Shown here: positions 61,095 through 64,000 of the stretch, piece by piece
How positions within the stretch are numbered: position 1 is the stretch's first letter
Layout of the letters: each line of letters opens with the position of its first letter
NCBI RefSeq assembly: GCF_038133525.1
Contig: NZ_JAYPTL010000006.1
Coordinates: 14,280-78,279, forward strand
From: Erythrobacter sp.
GTDB taxonomy: Bacteria > Pseudomonadota > Alphaproteobacteria > Sphingomonadales > Sphingomonadaceae
Length of the DNA: 64,000 bases
Direction: 5' to 3'
Position numbers and translations under genes: made by a program
Notes under the pieces: generated by a model
The model's input: only the letters and a program-made list of their open reading frames with translations
What the model was told of the DNA's origin: nothing
Database searches by the model: none

Positions 61095-64000
61095 ATGGAA
61101 AGCGGCGCGAGCGACGATCAGCTCTATGATGAGACAGGGCGGCGCAATGCTCGCCCGCGCTGGCGCAGGAAGCGTTGGGCGATTCCGGGTTTGCTTCTTG
61201 CCCTATTCACCTCCGCGCTGGTCGTAACCTGGTTTTCCCGGGAGCGGATCGCGGACAACATCATCGCGGGCCAGCTCGAGTTCTACGACCTCCCCGCGAG
61301 CTACAAGATCGACCGTATTTCAGGTAGCCAGCAGGTTCTGTCGGACCTCGCAATTGGCGACCCCGATGCACCCGATTTCACCGCCAAGCGCGTGGTGGTG
61401 ACGATGCGGTACCGGTTGGGACTTCCAACCATCGGATCGATCACTCTGGTCGATCCACGCATCTACGGCGCCTATCGCAACGGCAGCCTGAGCTTCGGTT
61501 CGCTCGACAAGGTGATCTTTGCCGAGAGCGAACAAGCGCCGGAACTTCCAGATCTCGCAATGACGATCCGTGATGGGCGAGGGTTGCTAGAAACAGATTG
61601 GGGGCCCGTCGGATTCAAGACGAGCGGGAAGGGGAACCTGCGCGATGGTTTCTCCGGTATACTGGCAGCCAATGCTCCCGAACTTTCCTTGCCGGGATGC
61701 AACGCCGGGAATGCAACTTTGTTCGGTCGGATTAGGACCAAGGCTGGATCCCCCTCTTTGGAGGGCCCGCTGCGCCTTAAGTCGTTTGCGTGTAAGGATC
61801 ATGGCATATCGATTGCGAACTACGCCGTCGCTCTCGATGCGGAATTGGACCGAACTCTCGCCAATCCATCGCTTACGGGTCGGCTGGATGGTGGGGAGGC
61901 GCATTTTGCCGACATCGCGCTGAACGGTGTGACCGGCTCGCTTCACGCGCAGCTACGCGACGGGGCAGCATCTGGCCGATTCTCGCTTGCGGCGCGCGGC
62001 GCCTCGTCCCCGCAGGTTCTCGCTGCGGTACTGACCGCGGAAGGACAGGCTCGGGGTTCGGCCGATCTGAGTCGGCTGGAGGTGGATAGCCAGATCGAAG
62101 GCAATGGACTGCGGCTTGGCGCGCAACTGGTGGGGGCCATCAATGATCTGGTTGCCTCGAGCGAAGGTACCTTGATCGCTCCGCTTGCTAGCCAGTTTGT
62201 TCGATCACTGCAGGCGCAGACGAGAGGCAGCGCATTTGCCGCCGATCTTCGCCTGAGGAAGAACGGCGATCGATTGACCGTGCTTGCCCCAACTGCCGAA
62301 TTGCGGGGTGGGAGTGGTGCAAGGATTGTCTCCGCTTCGCACGTAGAAATTGTCAGTCAGGGGAATGCAGCCCCGCGCATTGCTGGGAACGTCGCCACGG
62401 GAGGGGCTGGCCTTCCGCGAATTTCAGGACGCATGGAACGGGCAGCGGGCGGAGCCGTGGAACTCACGCTGGCAATGGATCGGTATGCATCCGCCAATTC
62501 GTCGCTCTCGGTTCCGCAAATGATCGTGCGCCAATCGCCTGATGGTGCCGTGCGGTTCTTGGGGCAGGTGATCGCAAGCGGCCCACTTCCCGGCGGAGTG
62601 GCAACCAATTTGCGCGTCCCCCTCAGCGGCCTTTGGTCTCCTCAGGGTAACCTGGCGGTGTGGGATTCCTGCACGAAGATCGACTTCGATCGGCTTGAAT
62701 TGGCTAGCCTGCGCTTCGAGAAGCGCGGTCTCATGCTGTGCCCGCCGCGAGGAAGGCCGATCCTAGCAACCGGGGCGGAGGGCTTGCGTGTTGCAGCCGG
62801 GCTACCTGCATTGGATCTTGATGGATACCTTGGTGAGACGCCCATACGGCTTGCCTCGGGACCCATCGGTTTCGCCTACCCCGGCGTCATGTCTGCGCGT
62901 GCCATCGACGTGACGCTTGGGCCAGTCGATACCGCGAGCCGGTTCCGGATATCCGATATCGACGCTTCCTTGGACGACGGCATCGAGGGCACGTTTGATG
63001 ATGCCGAGATCAAGCTGGCCGCCGCACCGCTAGATCTCGCCAACGCCAAGGGGCGTTGGGACTATTCGGATGGTGAGTTCTCGATCTCGGACGCCGCATT
63101 CCACCTCGTCGATCGCCAGCAACCTGAACGGTTCGAGGCACTCGAAGCCCGTGGAGCGACGTTGAGTCTGCGTGACAATGTGATCGATGCCAAGGCGAAC
63201 CTGCGCCACCCGAAGAGTGATCGGCTGGTGGCCACAACGGAAATCCGTCACGATCTCTCCAGCGGGGCAGGGCATGCCGATTTGCTTGTGCCAGAGCTGC
63301 GGTTTGATCGTGCTCTTCAGCCCGATGAGCTTTCGCACCTCGCACTTGGCGTCATAGCCAACGCTGAAGGAACCGTGAGCGGGAAGGGCCGGATCGACTG
63401 GACCTCCGACGGGACTGTTACCAGTTCGGGTACCTTCGGTAGTGAGAGCCTGGATTTTGCCGCGGCCTTCGGCCCTGTTAAAGGCGCAAGAGGGCAAATC
63501 GAGTTCACCGATCTTCTCAGCCTTTCCACCAAACCCGGCCAGAAGCTCTATGTCGCGTCGATCAACCCCGGCGTGGAGGTGCTGGACGGCGAAGTCGATT
63601 TCGAACTGCGCGACGGCAAGGTGCTGGCCGTTGCCGGCGGAAGCTGGCCATTCATGGGTGGGCGGCTGATCCTGCGCAGCGTCGACCTCAACTTTGGGGT
63701 TAGCGAGGAGCGGCGCTATATTTTCGAGATCGTCGGGCTCGAAGCGGCCCAATTCGTCCAGCAAATGGAGCTGGAGAATATCTCCGCGACAGGTTTGTTC
63801 GACGGCACAGTGCCGATCGTATTCGACGCCAATGGAAATGGGCAGATTGAAACTGGCGTGCTGATTTCGCGCCCACCCGGCGGCAATCTCTCCTATGTCG
63901 GGGACCTCACCTACGAAGACCTTTCGCCGATTGCGAACTTCGCCTTCGATGCACTGAAGAGCCTCGATTATCGCCAGATGCGCGTCATCATGGAAGGTCC
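61095..64000 (+). CDS. YdbH-family (AsmA-like superfamily) intermembrane protein; 3' end beyond the window
   Basis: Translated by hand at both ends (not in ORF track): N-terminal TM after RWRRKRW; C-terminal WPFMGGRL, SATGLFDGTVP, GGNLSYVGDL, AFDALKSLDY; same frame at both ends and no stop implied by the ORF track. Confidence 0.85.
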   Translation, partial: MESGASDDQLYDETGRRNARPRWRRKRWAIPGLLLALFTSALVVTWFSRERIADNIIAGQLEFYDLPASYKIDRISGSQQVLSDLAIGDPDAPDFTAKRVVVTMRYRLGLPTIGSITLVDPRIYGAYRNGSLSFGSLDKVIFAESEQAPELPDLAMTIRDGRGLLETDWGPVGFKTSGKGNLRDGFSGILAANAPELSLPGCNAGNATLFGRIRTKAGSPSLEGPLRLKSFACKDHGISIANYAVALDAELDRTLANPSLTGRLDGGEAHFADIALNGVTGSLHAQLRDGAASGRFSLAARGASSPQVLAAVLTAEGQARGSADLSRLEVDSQIEGNGLRLGAQLVGAINDLVASSEGTLIAPLASQFVRSLQAQTRGSAFAADLRLRKNGDRLTVLAPTAELRGGSGARIVSASHVEIVSQGNAAPRIAGNVATGGAGLPRISGRMERAAGGAVELTLAMDRYASANSSLSVPQMIVRQSPDGAVRFLGQVIASGPLPGGVATNLRVPLSGLWSPQGNLAVWDSCTKIDFDRLELASLRFEKRGLMLCPPRGRPILATGAEGLRVAAGLPALDLDGYLGETPIRLASGPIGFAYPGVMSARAIDVTLGPVDTASRFRISDIDASLDDGIEGTFDDAEIKLAAAPLDLANAKGRWDYSDGEFSISDAAFHLVDRQQPERFEALEARGATLSLRDNVIDAKANLRHPKSDRLVATTEIRHDLSSGAGHADLLVPELRFDRALQPDELSHLALGVIANAEGTVSGKGRIDWTSDGTVTSSGTFGSESLDFAAAFGPVKGARGQIEFTDLLSLSTKPGQKLYVASINPGVEVLDGEVDFELRDGKVLAVAGGSWPFMGGRLILRSVDLNFGVSEERRYIFEIVGLEAAQFVQQMELENISATGLFDGTVPIVFDANGNGQIETGVLISRPPGGNLSYVGDLTYEDLSPIANFAFDALKSLDYRQMRVIMEG

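Overview
A high-GC chromosomal segment from an alphaproteobacterium, most likely Sphingomonadales (Erythrobacteraceae-like), judged from gene order and protein style. The backbone is core genes: rlmN, greB, slt, dapA, smpB, cckA, recA, alaS, kefB-like, icd, tRNA-Val(GAC), cpdR, a DEAD helicase, uvrD, rsmD, rluB, ampG, folC-accD-trpA-trpB-trpF-pyrF, purB and radC. Small one- to three-gene accessory islets are interleaved. I found no transposase, integrase, prophage or CRISPR array. Two long real genes run off the window ends and are missing from the ORF track: a Tat-lipoprotein tyrosinase/polyphenol oxidase (left end, minus strand) and a YdbH-family protein (right end, plus strand). The most interesting non-routine signals are: (1) the predicted membrane-anchored tyrosinase with a C-X-H motif and a C-terminal extra domain; (2) an unannotated ~105-nt sRNA of MmgR/suhB type with two extra 5' hairpins and an RpoH-like promoter; (3) an 80-aa low-GC membrane microprotein translationally coupled between trpB and trpA; (4) a perfect 19-bp hairpin burying the RBS and start codon of a PDZ/M48 protein that appears to have lost a zinc ligand; (5) a pteridine reductase-cytochrome b-molybdoenzyme operon; (6) LexA boxes at recA and uvrD, and CtrA-like boxes at cpdR and a PilZ gene; (7) polysaccharide precursor genes scattered over three separate islets. 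No single large novel system can be established from sequence alone. All family assignments come from motif recognition by eye, not from database searches.
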